Shown here piece after piece: positions 20,875 to 30,431 of a stretch of DNA of 64,000 bases. This DNA comes from Candidatus Marsarchaeota archaeon (lineage in GTDB: Archaea > Thermoproteota > Thermoprotei_A > Marsarchaeales > Marsarchaeaceae): contig JAMDBQ010000006.1 of the NCBI GenBank assembly GCA_023487445.1, forward strand, positions 4,157-68,156, written 5' to 3'. Under the pieces are notes generated by a model. The model saw only the letters and a list, made by a program, of their open reading frames with translations. It made no database searches and was not told where the DNA came from. Every line of letters begins with the position of its first letter. Within the stretch, counting starts at the first letter, position 1. Made by a program: the position numbers and the translations under genes.

Positions 20875-20954
20875 CTTGTTTACGCACAATCCATCCGGAA
20901 AACCGCTCTCCCGCGGTCGCATGCCAGTTTTCGGCTGAAACCTGTTCTTACCTT

Positions 20955-20967
20955 TTCCAGTGGAAAC
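20955..20967 (+). promoter_or_regulatory. ORB (origin recognition box) core; candidate oriC or cdc6 autoregulatory site
   Basis: TTCCAGTGGAAAC directly upstream of cdc6. Confidence 0.7.
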
Positions 20968-21032
20968 CTGAGGCAGGAAACTTCAACCATGGAACATTTA
21001 TTTAACGCCGGCGGTTGGCAGGTGGGCTGTTT

Positions 21033-22220
21033 ATGGCGGCGCAGAATCTCTTCTCAGAATTCGGTCAAACAAAGATCTTCAAAAACAGGTCAGCCATGGT
21101 GTCCGACTTTGTTCCTCTGTCGCTTCCGCATAGGGAGAATGAGATACGTCGCCTCGCACAGATTCTTGCGCCGGGCCTGAGCGGAACACGTCCGAACAAC
21201 GTGTTCATGTACGGTCTAACCGGAACCGGTAAAACAGCGGTGTTGCGGTATGTGCTCACAATGCTCGAATCGGAGGCGGGCAGGCGCGGTGTAGCCGTAA
21301 GGGTGGTGTATGTTAACGCTCGAAAGGATGACACGGGGTATAGGGTGCTTACCCAAGTGGGGCGTCAGCTTGACCTGCAGCTCCCGTTCACAGGCCTATC
21401 CGTCTCCGAAGTTTACTCTAGGATAGTTGATCACGTGGACAAGGAGGAAGAGACCATAGTGATCTCGATCGACGAAATAGATAATCTAGTCAAAGACAAC
21501 TCGAGCAACCTCCTATACAAGGTGGCACGCATAAACAGCGACCTTGCTAAAGCTCAGGTATCACTCATAGGAATAACCAACGACGCCCGCATGCTTGAAA
21601 TACTTGATCCTAGGGTTCGCAGCAGCTTGGGTGAGGAGGAACTTGTGTTTGCACCCTACGACTCGGAGCAGCTCAGAGATATTTTGAATGTTAGGGCAAA
21701 AGACGCGTTCAACGACGGGACCCTGCAGGAGGGGGTGATACCGTACGTGGCGGCGCTCGCAGCCAAGGATCACGGAGACGCAAGGAAAGCAGTGGACCTC
21801 TTAAGGAAGGCGGGGGAGCTGGCTGAGCGAGTAGGATCGGATGTAGTCACTACCGACCATGTTAAACGGGCGCTTACCGAGATAGAAGCAGACACCACCA
21901 TGGAGATAATTGAGAGGCTTCCGCTGCACTCAAAACTCATTCTTGCATCCATTATGAAATTGGACGAATCAAACAGGAACCCAATAACAGGAGATGTCCT
22001 CGCAACCTACGCCCAGATGTGTTCAAGAATCGGCACCGAGGTTCTCACGGCGCGCAGGGTGAGCGAGATAATCAATGAGCTCGACATGGTTGGCATCGTG
22101 ACTACGAGCATACTTAACCGCGGCAGGTTTGGTAGAACTAAGAGAATCGCGTTAAACGTAGACCACAAGCACGTGTGGGCGTCGCTGACAAACGACCCAG
22201 TTCTTAAACAGCTAGTCTGA
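21033..22220 (+). CDS. cdc6: Orc1/Cdc6 replication initiator
   Basis: LPHRE; YGLTGTGKT; IDEID; LDPRVRSSL; GDAR; C-terminal wH with GRFGRT. Confidence 0.97.
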   Translation: MAAQNLFSEFGQTKIFKNRSAMVSDFVPLSLPHRENEIRRLAQILAPGLSGTRPNNVFMYGLTGTGKTAVLRYVLTMLESEAGRRGVAVRVVYVNARKDDTGYRVLTQVGRQLDLQLPFTGLSVSEVYSRIVDHVDKEEETIVISIDEIDNLVKDNSSNLLYKVARINSDLAKAQVSLIGITNDARMLEILDPRVRSSLGEEELVFAPYDSEQLRDILNVRAKDAFNDGTLQEGVIPYVAALAAKDHGDARKAVDLLRKAGELAERVGSDVVTTDHVKRALTEIEADTTMEIIERLPLHSKLILASIMKLDESNRNPITGDVLATYAQMCSRIGTEVLTARRVSEIINELDMVGIVTTSILNRGRFGRTKRIALNVDHKHVWASLTNDPVLKQLV

Positions 22221-22227
22221 GCAGGGG

Positions 22228-22635
22228 TTGTTCAAGATGGAAACTGGAGGTTCCTCGACACGCGGCATTCACCTTTTAGCGGAGCTATATGGTTGCGACA
22301 GAGACGCGACATCCGACTTGGAGACGGTCAGGCGCGCCATGCGTAAGGCAGCTCATGCCTCAGGGTCGTCGGTGGTTTCCGAACACTTTATACCTTTACA
22401 CCCCGGCGTGACGGGGGTTATTGTTGTGATGGAGTCGCACCTCTCTGTTCACACTTGGCCTGAGTCAGGGTATGCCTCGGTTGACGTGTACACCTGTGGA
22501 TTGAAACGTGACCCAGAAGCCTCGTTGTTGGTTATACGTGACGCATTCAACCCTAAATACATTCAAACCATGACTGTGGAACGCGGAGTCAGAGGTGGAC
22601 TGCGTCAGCTCAGTGAGGCTAGGCCAAAGGTTTAA
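22228..22635 (+). CDS. speD: Pyruvoyl-dependent S-adenosylmethionine decarboxylase proenzyme
   Basis: E|SHLSVHTWPE..DVYTCG; adjacent to speE. The same family also includes crenarchaeal arginine decarboxylases. Confidence 0.88.
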   Translation: MFKMETGGSSTRGIHLLAELYGCDRDATSDLETVRRAMRKAAHASGSSVVSEHFIPLHPGVTGVIVVMESHLSVHTWPESGYASVDVYTCGLKRDPEASLLVIRDAFNPKYIQTMTVERGVRGGLRQLSEARPKV

Positions 22636-22662
22636 CGGTCGATTTGGCTCAGGGCGAGGCCG

Positions 22663-23421
22663 GTGCTGGTTATTGACTGGCTGAACGAGTCGCTTGGTCA
22701 GGTGTTCAAGGTCAAACGTGTTCTCGCACACGAAAGGACAGCGTTCCAAGACGTCCTCATCTGCGATGTCGACTTCTTCGGCAAAACCCTGTTCCTCGAC
22801 GACCAGCTGCAGAGCACCCAGATTGACCAGGAGCTGTATCATTCAGCGCTGACCGAGCCCATGCTCACAGTGTTTAAACCCTCGAACATCTTGATTATTG
22901 GCGGCGGGGAAGGAGCCACAGCGAACCACGCGCTCAGACACTCGGACGCTGTGACAATGGTTGATATCGACGATAGACTGGTGCAGCTCTGCAGGCGGTA
23001 TCTCCCCGAGTTTCACGGCGGAGTCTTCTCGGACAAAAGGCTGAAGACCGTGTTCACGGACGGCGCAAGCTATGTAGCGCATTCAGGCGATACATTCGAC
23101 GCCATAATAGTGGATGGGACAGACCCCTCAGACAGGGGGCCGGGTGCGACGCTTTATTCGCAAGTCTTCTACAGGGACTGCTGGCAAAGACTTTCAAGTC
23201 GTGGGGTGTTCGTCACCCAAGCGGGGTCCTCCTATTACAGGAGGAAGGAGTTCAACTCAGTCAAATCCAGGATTTCAAAGGTTTTTAGGGACACGGCCGC
23301 CTACCACGTCTGGATTCCATCTTATGGCTCAACATGGGGATTCATAGTAGCCCGAAAAACCCCAATACCTAGAACCCTGCTACGTAGATCCGTCTCAGCA
23401 ACGGGGTCGACCATGACCTAG
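22663..23421 (+). CDS. speE: Polyamine aminopropyltransferase (spermidine synthase family)
   Basis: LIIGGGEG; VDID; IVDGTDP; PSY..WGF. Confidence 0.92.
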   Translation: MLVIDWLNESLGQVFKVKRVLAHERTAFQDVLICDVDFFGKTLFLDDQLQSTQIDQELYHSALTEPMLTVFKPSNILIIGGGEGATANHALRHSDAVTMVDIDDRLVQLCRRYLPEFHGGVFSDKRLKTVFTDGASYVAHSGDTFDAIIVDGTDPSDRGPGATLYSQVFYRDCWQRLSSRGVFVTQAGSSYYRRKEFNSVKSRISKVFRDTAAYHVWIPSYGSTWGFIVARKTPIPRTLLRRSVSATGSTMT

Positions 23422-23517
23422 CTTAAACGAGTTCCACACCTGTATTCGGACGCGGCTCAGGTGCGGAGGCCACACCCAACCCAAAAACTTATACGACTAC
23501 ATCATCCTCAACTCTGC

Positions 23518-23616
23518 GCCGGGGTGGCCGAGTGGTTAAGGCGGCAGACTCGAGATCAGTGGACCAGTAATCTGCTGGTCCTTTGGGCCGCGCGGGTTCG
23601 AATCCCGTCCCCGGCG
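23518..23616 (+). tRNA. tRNA-Ser(CGA) with 15-nt intron at 37/38 (23555-23569)
   Basis: GCAGA-CTCGAG^A-TCTGC; long variable arm; G73. Confidence 0.93.
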
Positions 23617-23883
23617 CCTACCGACAGCGGGGCGTTCTAGTAGGCATTTTATCCATCCGCTTCACCATGAATTAGCGCTGAATTTTTTAACACCTTGGAA
23701 GACACAGATTCATACATCGCGCTTACATACGCTACGCTTTGGAAACGCTATGTTCAGGCGCCGTCTGAATCCATTCTTGGGGGATGTGGCCCAGGCTACC
23801 TCCGCGCTAGGTCTGGGCGGCATGCGGGCGCACAGCCGCCGGAGGCGTCAAACCCTTAAAGGGTGTGAGCAGCTGACGGATCC

Positions 23884-25128
23884 ATGGCTCAGCTGACACT
23901 GGACGCCTTTGGCTCAGCCGAGGATGGGGTTTCCGGTTTGGTGGCTGACTTCCACATACATTCAAGCTACAGCAGGGCTACGAGTGCAGGGATAACCGCT
24001 TCCTCACTTGCCAGAGCCGCCCTTACCAAGGGGTTGAGTATGGTGGGTACAGGAGACTGCCTCCACCCAAAATGGCTTGCCCATCTAAAGAACAACCTCA
24101 CCCAGGTTTCCGAAGGAGTCTATGAGCACAGCGGGATCAAATTTGTTGTGACAGGCGAAGTCAACAGCCACTTCCAAGATGATACGGGAAAAATTCACCG
24201 TATCCACTCAATACTGATCCTTCCAGGATTGGACGCGGCGACGGCGCTCGCAGACAGACTTTCCGACAAGGCTGGTCTTCTCGCGGACGGCCGGCCCACG
24301 GTCAGGCTTCCCCCGGCTGAGCTTGTTGACGAACTGCGCTCGGTAGACCCGGAGTCTGAGCTTGTACCTGCCCACGTGTGGACTCCATGGTTCTCACTTT
24401 TCGGTGTAAGAGGAGGCTTTGAAAGCCTCGACCAGTGTTTCGGGGAGAGAAGTGCAAGCATACACGCGCTGGAAACCGGTCTATCAAGCGACCCCCCGAT
24501 GAACTGGAGTATAAGTGCCCTTGACAGATACACCCTTCTTTCGAACAGCGACGCACACTCCGACCACGTTTGGAGGATAGGCAGGGAGGCTAACATTTTC
24601 TCGGATAAATGCGCGTCCTACGCGGAGCTTGTGCACGCAATAAGAACAGGCGACGGCCTACTTTCAACCTTGGAAGTGCCTCCCGCATTCGGAAAGTACC
24701 ACTGGAGTGGCCACAGAAGATGTGGGGTCTCCCTGCCCCCCGAGGAATCTGTTAAACGTGGGGGATTATGCCCCGTGTGTAACAGGAGGATGACGCTCGG
24801 CGTGGACGAGCGGGTTCACAGACTGAGCAACAGGCCTAGAGGGTATGTCCCAAAGGGCAAGCCTAGTTTCCGGTACACCATTCCGCTTCACGAGCTTCTC
24901 CTATACTCCTACAGATCCTCGAAATACACAGATCCCCGCGTGGAACAAGTGTATGAGGCACTCATCCGCAAATATTCTAGTGAGCTTAGAGTGGTGCATA
25001 GCGCCCCCCTACAAGAGTTGTACTCCGTTAACCCGGTCTTGGGAATGGCTATAGAGAAACTCCGTGACCAAACACTTCATGTTAAACCGGGTTACGACGG
25101 GGTGTATGGCGTAATCGACTTGGGGTGA
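23884..25128 (+). CDS. endoQ: Endonuclease Q (PHP domain, TIGR00375-like)
   Basis: DFHIHSSYS; GTGDCLHP; PAHVWTPW; ETGLSSD; NSDAHS; GKYH; CPVC; PGYDGVYG. Confidence 0.92.
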   Translation: MAQLTLDAFGSAEDGVSGLVADFHIHSSYSRATSAGITASSLARAALTKGLSMVGTGDCLHPKWLAHLKNNLTQVSEGVYEHSGIKFVVTGEVNSHFQDDTGKIHRIHSILILPGLDAATALADRLSDKAGLLADGRPTVRLPPAELVDELRSVDPESELVPAHVWTPWFSLFGVRGGFESLDQCFGERSASIHALETGLSSDPPMNWSISALDRYTLLSNSDAHSDHVWRIGREANIFSDKCASYAELVHAIRTGDGLLSTLEVPPAFGKYHWSGHRRCGVSLPPEESVKRGGLCPVCNRRMTLGVDERVHRLSNRPRGYVPKGKPSFRYTIPLHELLLYSYRSSKYTDPRVEQVYEALIRKYSSELRVVHSAPLQELYSVNPVLGMAIEKLRDQTLHVKPGYDGVYGVIDLG

Positions 25129-26663
25129 CGGCTAATCTCCATGCTCACGGTGAGCGCGAAAGCAATAAAGGATACGTCACCCAAACCCCTTCCGTGAGCC
25201 CTGTGACCGAGCGAAACGAGTATGAAATGGGTCTAACCGTAAAGAAGTCAGAGGACCTGTCAGGCTGGTACCAGCAGGTTGTTTTGAAAAGCGAATTGGC
25301 TGATTACTCGCCGGTCGCGGGGTGCATGGTTTTCAGGCCGTGGAGCTACTCTATATGGGAAAACCTCAGGGAGGCATTTGACTCAAAGATAAAGGACCTC
25401 GGGCACGCCAACGCATACTTCCCGCTCCTCATCCCCGAATCCCTGCTCAAACGTGAGGGAGAGCATTTCGAAGGGTTCATACCGGAAGTCGCTTGGGTCA
25501 CAAAGGGAGGGGACACAGAGCTCGACGAAAAACTCGCTATCAGACCCACCAGCGAAACAATCATGTACTACATGTATTCGAAGTGGATCAAAAGCTACCG
25601 AGACCTTCCCCTTTTGATAAACCAATGGAACAACGTCGTCAGATGGGATACGAGTTCAACCAGGCTTTTCCTGAGGACGAGGGAGTTCTTGTGGCAGGAA
25701 GGGCACACGGCCCATGCCACCGAGGGTGAATGCGACGTCGAAGTGAGGACGATCCTCGACGTATACGCATGGGTGGCTAGGGAGTTGCTCGCATTGCCCG
25801 TGATAAAGGGTAAGAAGAGTGAAGGAGAAAAGTTTCCAGGCGCCGTTTACACCGCGACGATAGAAGCCATGATGCCCGATGGCAAAGCCGTTCAGGCGGG
25901 CACTTCGCACAACCTTGGCCAGAACTTTTCGAAGGTGTTCGACATCAGCTTCCTCGACAAGGATCAAACCAAGAAGTATGCGTGGCAGACTTCCTGGGGT
26001 ATAAGTACGAGGCTGATTGGTGCGCTGGTGATGATCCACGGAGACGACCGTGGCCTCATAATACCTCCGCGCGTAGCGCCTGTTCAGGTGGTTATAGTGC
26101 CCATATATTACAAAGAAAGTGACAGAGCCGCAGTGACTGCTGAGGCGGACAGGGTGTCCGCCGAAATGAAAAAGACTGGGCTGAGGGTGAAGCTGGATGA
26201 CAGAGACGACCGCACACCGGGCTGGAAATTCAATGAATGGGAGCTGAAAGGTGTGCCTCTCAGGGTGGAGCTTGGCCCAAGGGATCTCGCAAGGAAGCAG
26301 GCGGTGCTTGTAAGACGCGATACAGGTGAAAAATTGCCTACACCCATCATCGGGTTAGCTCAGTCTGCTGAGTCTCTGCTTGAGGCCATACACGGAAACC
26401 TGCTTGCGAGAGCGGAGAACACACTTAGAGGGTTAACCACTGAGGTGGCTAGTTACGATGAATTCAAATCGGTGCTCGACTCTAAAGGCGGGTTCGTAGT
26501 TTCAAATTGGTGCACTCACTTAGAGTGTGAAAGGTCTGTCAAGCAGGAGACAGGGGCAACAGTGAGAGTAATACCCTTTGATTCACGCGCGGAAGATGGC
26601 TCTCGATGCTTCAAATGCGGTGCCAAGGCAACTGTTAAGGCGTACTTTGCTAGGTCATACTGA
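25125..26663 (+). CDS. proS: Proline--tRNA ligase (archaeal/eukaryal type; start may lie downstream)
   Basis: IRPTSET; FLRTREFLWQEGHT; QAGTSH; terminal ARSY. Confidence 0.97.
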   Translation: MTANLHAHGERESNKGYVTQTPSVSPVTERNEYEMGLTVKKSEDLSGWYQQVVLKSELADYSPVAGCMVFRPWSYSIWENLREAFDSKIKDLGHANAYFPLLIPESLLKREGEHFEGFIPEVAWVTKGGDTELDEKLAIRPTSETIMYYMYSKWIKSYRDLPLLINQWNNVVRWDTSSTRLFLRTREFLWQEGHTAHATEGECDVEVRTILDVYAWVARELLALPVIKGKKSEGEKFPGAVYTATIEAMMPDGKAVQAGTSHNLGQNFSKVFDISFLDKDQTKKYAWQTSWGISTRLIGALVMIHGDDRGLIIPPRVAPVQVVIVPIYYKESDRAAVTAEADRVSAEMKKTGLRVKLDDRDDRTPGWKFNEWELKGVPLRVELGPRDLARKQAVLVRRDTGEKLPTPIIGLAQSAESLLEAIHGNLLARAENTLRGLTTEVASYDEFKSVLDSKGGFVVSNWCTHLECERSVKQETGATVRVIPFDSRAEDGSRCFKCGAKATVKAYFARSY

Positions 26664-27524
26664 CCGCTTTGTCACCTTCGTTATGAGCTGAGCAGTAAGT
26701 AGATCAAACTCTCCCTTTGAACCAAGGAATTCGTCAGGAAACACTTTTGAACGAACCATAAGGGATGCGCAGGAGGCAGCCGCTGCAAGGGACTCGGCCA
26801 CGGATAAACCCCTAATCCTCGAAACATAGTAGGCGCATCCGAAAGCATCTCCCGCTCCCGTAGGGTGCCTCTCCGTAACAGGCTCGGGTTTGAGTCGGTA
26901 AACCCAGCCGCCAGAATAGACGTTTATAGCCTCTCTTCCAGAAGTCAGAACAACCTCTTTAACCTCTCCGCACCCCACAAGTCTGTCCACGTACTCCGTG
27001 TACCCAGGGACATCCTCAGTGGATATCTTAACCGTCTCGAACCACCCTGGGGTTAGGCTTGGAGCCCTAGGCTCGACAACTCCTTGCTTAGTGCACCCCC
27101 TTGAAAATCCTTGAGCGTCTACACAAACCCTAGTCCCCCTTAAAAGCGGCTTCAAAACACCCTCAGAGGCTTCGGAAAAGGTAAACGAAACGTAGGCGCA
27201 CCCCTCAGATACCTGTGCCTCCTCATAATATTTTGATGCATCGAGTCTGCTGAGCACCTTGAGTACTCTCCCCCACGGCGTATATGATATATTGAAGGAA
27301 GTCGTGGTCTGCTTGTGGTCCACAACCACCTGGCTAACGTCTGCACCTATATTTGAAAGGCCCCTAAGCCACCTAGGGCTGAAATCTTTCCCCACACTCG
27401 CGTATACAACTGGTTGAGCACCCATCCAAGAGGCTGCAACAGAGGAGTAGTAGGCGGGTCCCCCAGGAACATTTGCCCCCTCAAACACATCTACGGTGAA
27501 GCTACCTACAATCGCTATCTTCAT
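26655..27524 (-). CDS. PfkB family carbohydrate kinase
   Basis: GGPAYY; DAQGF.R; PTGAGDAF. Confidence 0.88.
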   Translation of the reverse strand: MKIAIVGSFTVDVFEGANVPGGPAYYSSVAASWMGAQPVVYASVGKDFSPRWLRGLSNIGADVSQVVVDHKQTTTSFNISYTPWGRVLKVLSRLDASKYYEEAQVSEGCAYVSFTFSEASEGVLKPLLRGTRVCVDAQGFSRGCTKQGVVEPRAPSLTPGWFETVKISTEDVPGYTEYVDRLVGCGEVKEVVLTSGREAINVYSGGWVYRLKPEPVTERHPTGAGDAFGCAYYVSRIRGLSVAESLAAAASCASLMVRSKVFPDEFLGSKGEFDLLTAQLITKVTKRSV

Positions 27525-27631
27525 TCAGTTGGCACTTTTGCGGGCGGCGACGCGTATCCGGGCTACGCCAGCTGATGGGTGATGGGCACCACGCTTATAA
27601 AAACGCGGCTCTTCCTTGCTACGATTGCGTT

Positions 27632-27913
27632 TTGACCAAGAAACGGAAGAACCGCGGCCGCGCCAAAGGGTCAAAGGGTCACGCCGAGTCCGTTCAATGC
27701 GACGGATGCGGCGGATGGGTTCCACGCGACAAGGCGATACGTGTGACGAGAACAATCAGTCCAGTCGACCCCCAACTTGCGAGGGAACTAACCAAGAGGG
27801 GAACAGTTGTCCTGAAATCCACCGTTGTTAAAAGTTACTGCGTGAGGTGCGCGGTTTACATGGGTATCAGAAGTCCACGTTCACGTGATGAAAGGAAGAG
27901 CGAGCTTGGTTGA
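27632..27913 (+). CDS. rps26e: 30S ribosomal protein S26e
   Basis: MTKKRKNRGR..VQCDGCG..VPRDKAI..YCVRCA. Confidence 0.95.
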   Translation: MTKKRKNRGRAKGSKGHAESVQCDGCGGWVPRDKAIRVTRTISPVDPQLARELTKRGTVVLKSTVVKSYCVRCAVYMGIRSPRSRDERKSELG

Positions 27914-27922
27914 TGTGCGAAG

Positions 27923-28258
27923 ATGGCTTACCAGAGGGCTGTGCGTAACACAACAACAAACCTCCTCTGGATATACGTTGTGGCCCTGCTGAAGAAAAGA
28001 AGAATGTACGCCTATGAAATAGGAAAGGAGATCCAAAGGGAGTTCGGGTTCAAAGTAGCTACCGTTACGGTGTACGCGGTGCTCTACAAGATGGAGCGTG
28101 AGGGTCTGGTCAAATCCGTTAAATCCAACGTGCTTCTCTCACCTTCCAGAAAGTTCTATGAGCTAACCCCTAGAGGAGCAAAGATATGGGGGGACGCCAT
28201 AGAGTACGTGTCAGCCAAGCTATTAGCCCTCAAAAAGTTTGCTGACGCTTCCCACTGA
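27923..28258 (+). CDS. PadR family transcriptional regulator
   Basis: NLLWIYV; YAYEI; VYAVLYKMEREGLV; RKFYELT..G. Confidence 0.9.
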   Translation: MAYQRAVRNTTTNLLWIYVVALLKKRRMYAYEIGKEIQREFGFKVATVTVYAVLYKMEREGLVKSVKSNVLLSPSRKFYELTPRGAKIWGDAIEYVSAKLLALKKFADASH

Positions 28259-28822
28259 GTCTTTTTCTCCTGTAGATAAGTCTCTGCACCACTGTAAAAT
28301 TCGAGAGGATAGCTATCACCACGAATACGTACAACGCTATCCGGACAAACACGAGGCACTCATAAGAACAAGTCGCTCGGGCCTCTCTACTAGGCCTATC
28401 GAGCCGATCGATTTGGACCCCGCGGCTTCTAAACGCGCCCTTGTATAGCTTGTGAGAAGCGAACCCACTAACGCAGTCAACCCCACGACGTCGGGCAGCC
28501 CCAGGCCTATCCAAGCTGAGCCCATTATGAGTGCGTCACCGTATCTGTCCGCAACAGAGTCAAGTACTCCACCGAACTCGGTCTGAGTGTTGGTTAGCCT
28601 CGCAAGTGCGCCATCGAAGCCGTCCACTAGACCGCTCAAAGCCACCGCAAGTGCGCCTCCTAGGTAGAGGCGCTCGAGAATTAGCAATGCCGCAACAACG
28701 GACAGACCCAGACCCACGAGGGTAACGACGTTGGGGGTGAACCCCAGCTTAGCAAGCACCCTCGCACCTTTCGTAAAGATGCCCGACACAAGCGGCCTTA
28801 TCCTGTTCAGCATCTTTGACAA
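28230..28822 (-). CDS. pgsA: CDP-alcohol phosphatidyltransferase (archaetidylinositol-phosphate synthase-like), apparent frameshift near 28355
   Basis: TPN..T; DGFDGALAR..GGVLDSVADRYGD; SYTRAR.E; ERPER. The last TM (LSNFTVVQR) continues in another frame. Confidence 0.85.
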
Positions 28823-28985
28823 CCCATGTAGACCTGTTTATGAGTGTTTGGAGCTACAGCGGCACTCGAAAATCATCCCTGCCCACTGCTTCCGCCTCCG
28901 AATTGCCCTCCCTCATAAGGTGGAGCGACGGGTGAAACGCTTTTAACGGTTTAAATAAGAGCAGTCACATATATTATCCTGTAAG

Positions 28986-30119
28986 GTGCAGCGGTTGTCT
29001 CTGGTTCAAGCAATTGAAAGTTACTTCTCGGACACCGTGTTCGATAGACCCGTGGTGAATGTTGCCACCCAGAACTACGAGGATTTGGTGTCGGCGTTCT
29101 TCGCCCAGAAATTGAACGCCAAGGCCACCACTGTCTTCCTTCGAACTGGATTCGAAAACAACGGTTCACTAGAGATGATCAAGGAGTTCGCGGCTTCATG
29201 CGGCTGGCACTATCAGGTGTTCGACGCAAGCGAAAACTTCAGCCTCATGCATAGAAAGGTAGCGCGCCAAGATAAATATGACGCCTACCACAAGGCGATG
29301 CACAAAACCCTAGAACAGGTGGGTTCTAGGTTCAGGAGCAGCACGCTTATTTCAGGAGACCTTTTCAGTCCATCGTTCGAAGATACGAGCAGCGGCGAAA
29401 GATGCGTCAAACTCAGTGGGGTTAAAGTTCACACCCCGTTATGTAACAAGCCACTTTCTGCGTTGAACCAGGTCATCAATCAGATGGGACTGGACAGGCA
29501 TCTCCCAGTGTATCCCCTGTCACGCGTAGGTTTGGCTTCGCAGTGCATAGGTGAGATAACCCAGGAAAAGGTCGATTTGGCCGCAAAGGGAGATGAGCTG
29601 GTGCAGTCGACGATGGGGGGCCCAGTGCCAGGGAGGCATTCGTTTACCGCCGTCGCAGACAGCAAAAAGGTGAGACCCAGGGACAAGAGCCTTATGGAAA
29701 ACACGGTGTACAACTCTTTTAAAAATATTAATACATTCTTTACCGACATATTCGAACTGGAAGACTCTGTACCCACCGGTAAAACTGACGGACGCATGCT
29801 TCTCATAAACGTCAAGGATGATGCCGGCGACCAGTTCATACCAAACAGCGCTATGGTGATGGCACTCCAGCAGAGGATGGCTTCCTTAGACCACAATACT
29901 AGGGTGGGGTATTGCCTGAGCTCGGGTAACCCGGACGGAAGATACGTGATGATCGTGCGCTACTTTGAAAGCTTGGACTTCCGGGTGGCCATACCCTCCA
30001 CGAGGAATTGGAACAAGTTACAGGAAGCCGCCAAGAAAATAGTTGAAGAAAACAACGAAGTCAGCTCCTGCTTTGTGGATCTATCCACCAAGCCTCCCGC
30101 CAAGGTTGGATACCTCTAG
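28986..30119 (+). CDS. Degenerate GMP synthase ATP-pyrophosphatase subunit (GuaA-B)-like protein
   Basis: TPL..MGL..YPLSRVGLASQCIGEITQEK and ESLDF..W..VDLSTKPPA resemble the GuaA C-terminal domain; no SGGxDS PP-loop. Confidence 0.75.
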   Translation: MQRLSLVQAIESYFSDTVFDRPVVNVATQNYEDLVSAFFAQKLNAKATTVFLRTGFENNGSLEMIKEFAASCGWHYQVFDASENFSLMHRKVARQDKYDAYHKAMHKTLEQVGSRFRSSTLISGDLFSPSFEDTSSGERCVKLSGVKVHTPLCNKPLSALNQVINQMGLDRHLPVYPLSRVGLASQCIGEITQEKVDLAAKGDELVQSTMGGPVPGRHSFTAVADSKKVRPRDKSLMENTVYNSFKNINTFFTDIFELEDSVPTGKTDGRMLLINVKDDAGDQFIPNSAMVMALQQRMASLDHNTRVGYCLSSGNPDGRYVMIVRYFESLDFRVAIPSTRNWNKLQEAAKKIVEENNEVSSCFVDLSTKPPAKVGYL

Positions 30120-30120
30120 C

Positions 30121-30297
30121 CTAGCCCGCAAGGCTGAGAAGAGTTGTCATAAGTAGTTGGATCGTAAACGCGATCAACCCTACTAAAAGTATTCCGATAA
30201 TAGATATCTTAAGTGAAAAGGAGAACTCTTTGCCGTCAGGTTTCCTCGCCAAAATTATTACGTCACGTACTTCTTTAAGCCTGCTTTTGACGGACAC
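30121..30297 (-). CDS. secE: Protein translocase subunit SecE/Sec61-gamma
   Basis: Manual translation MSVKSRLKEVRDVIILARKPDGKEF..GILLVGLIAFTI; downstream of ftsY. Confidence 0.92.
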   Translation of the reverse strand: MSVKSRLKEVRDVIILARKPDGKEFSFSLKISIIGILLVGLIAFTIQLLMTTLLSLAG

Positions 30298-30401
30298 AAC
30301 CCCAATTAGGGCATTTGGGTGATAAATGCCTTACGCCATACTGCGACGCCGCCCGGCTTCTGTGAGTTGAATGTTCGTGCGAACATGGCTACGTCCTACC
30401 T

Positions 30402-30431
30402 TTGGATGCTGATTAATTGGATGCTGATTAA
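30402..30431. repeat. Perfect 15-bp tandem duplication TTGGATGCTGATTAA x2
   Basis: Copies at 30402-30416 and 30417-30431. Confidence 0.9.
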
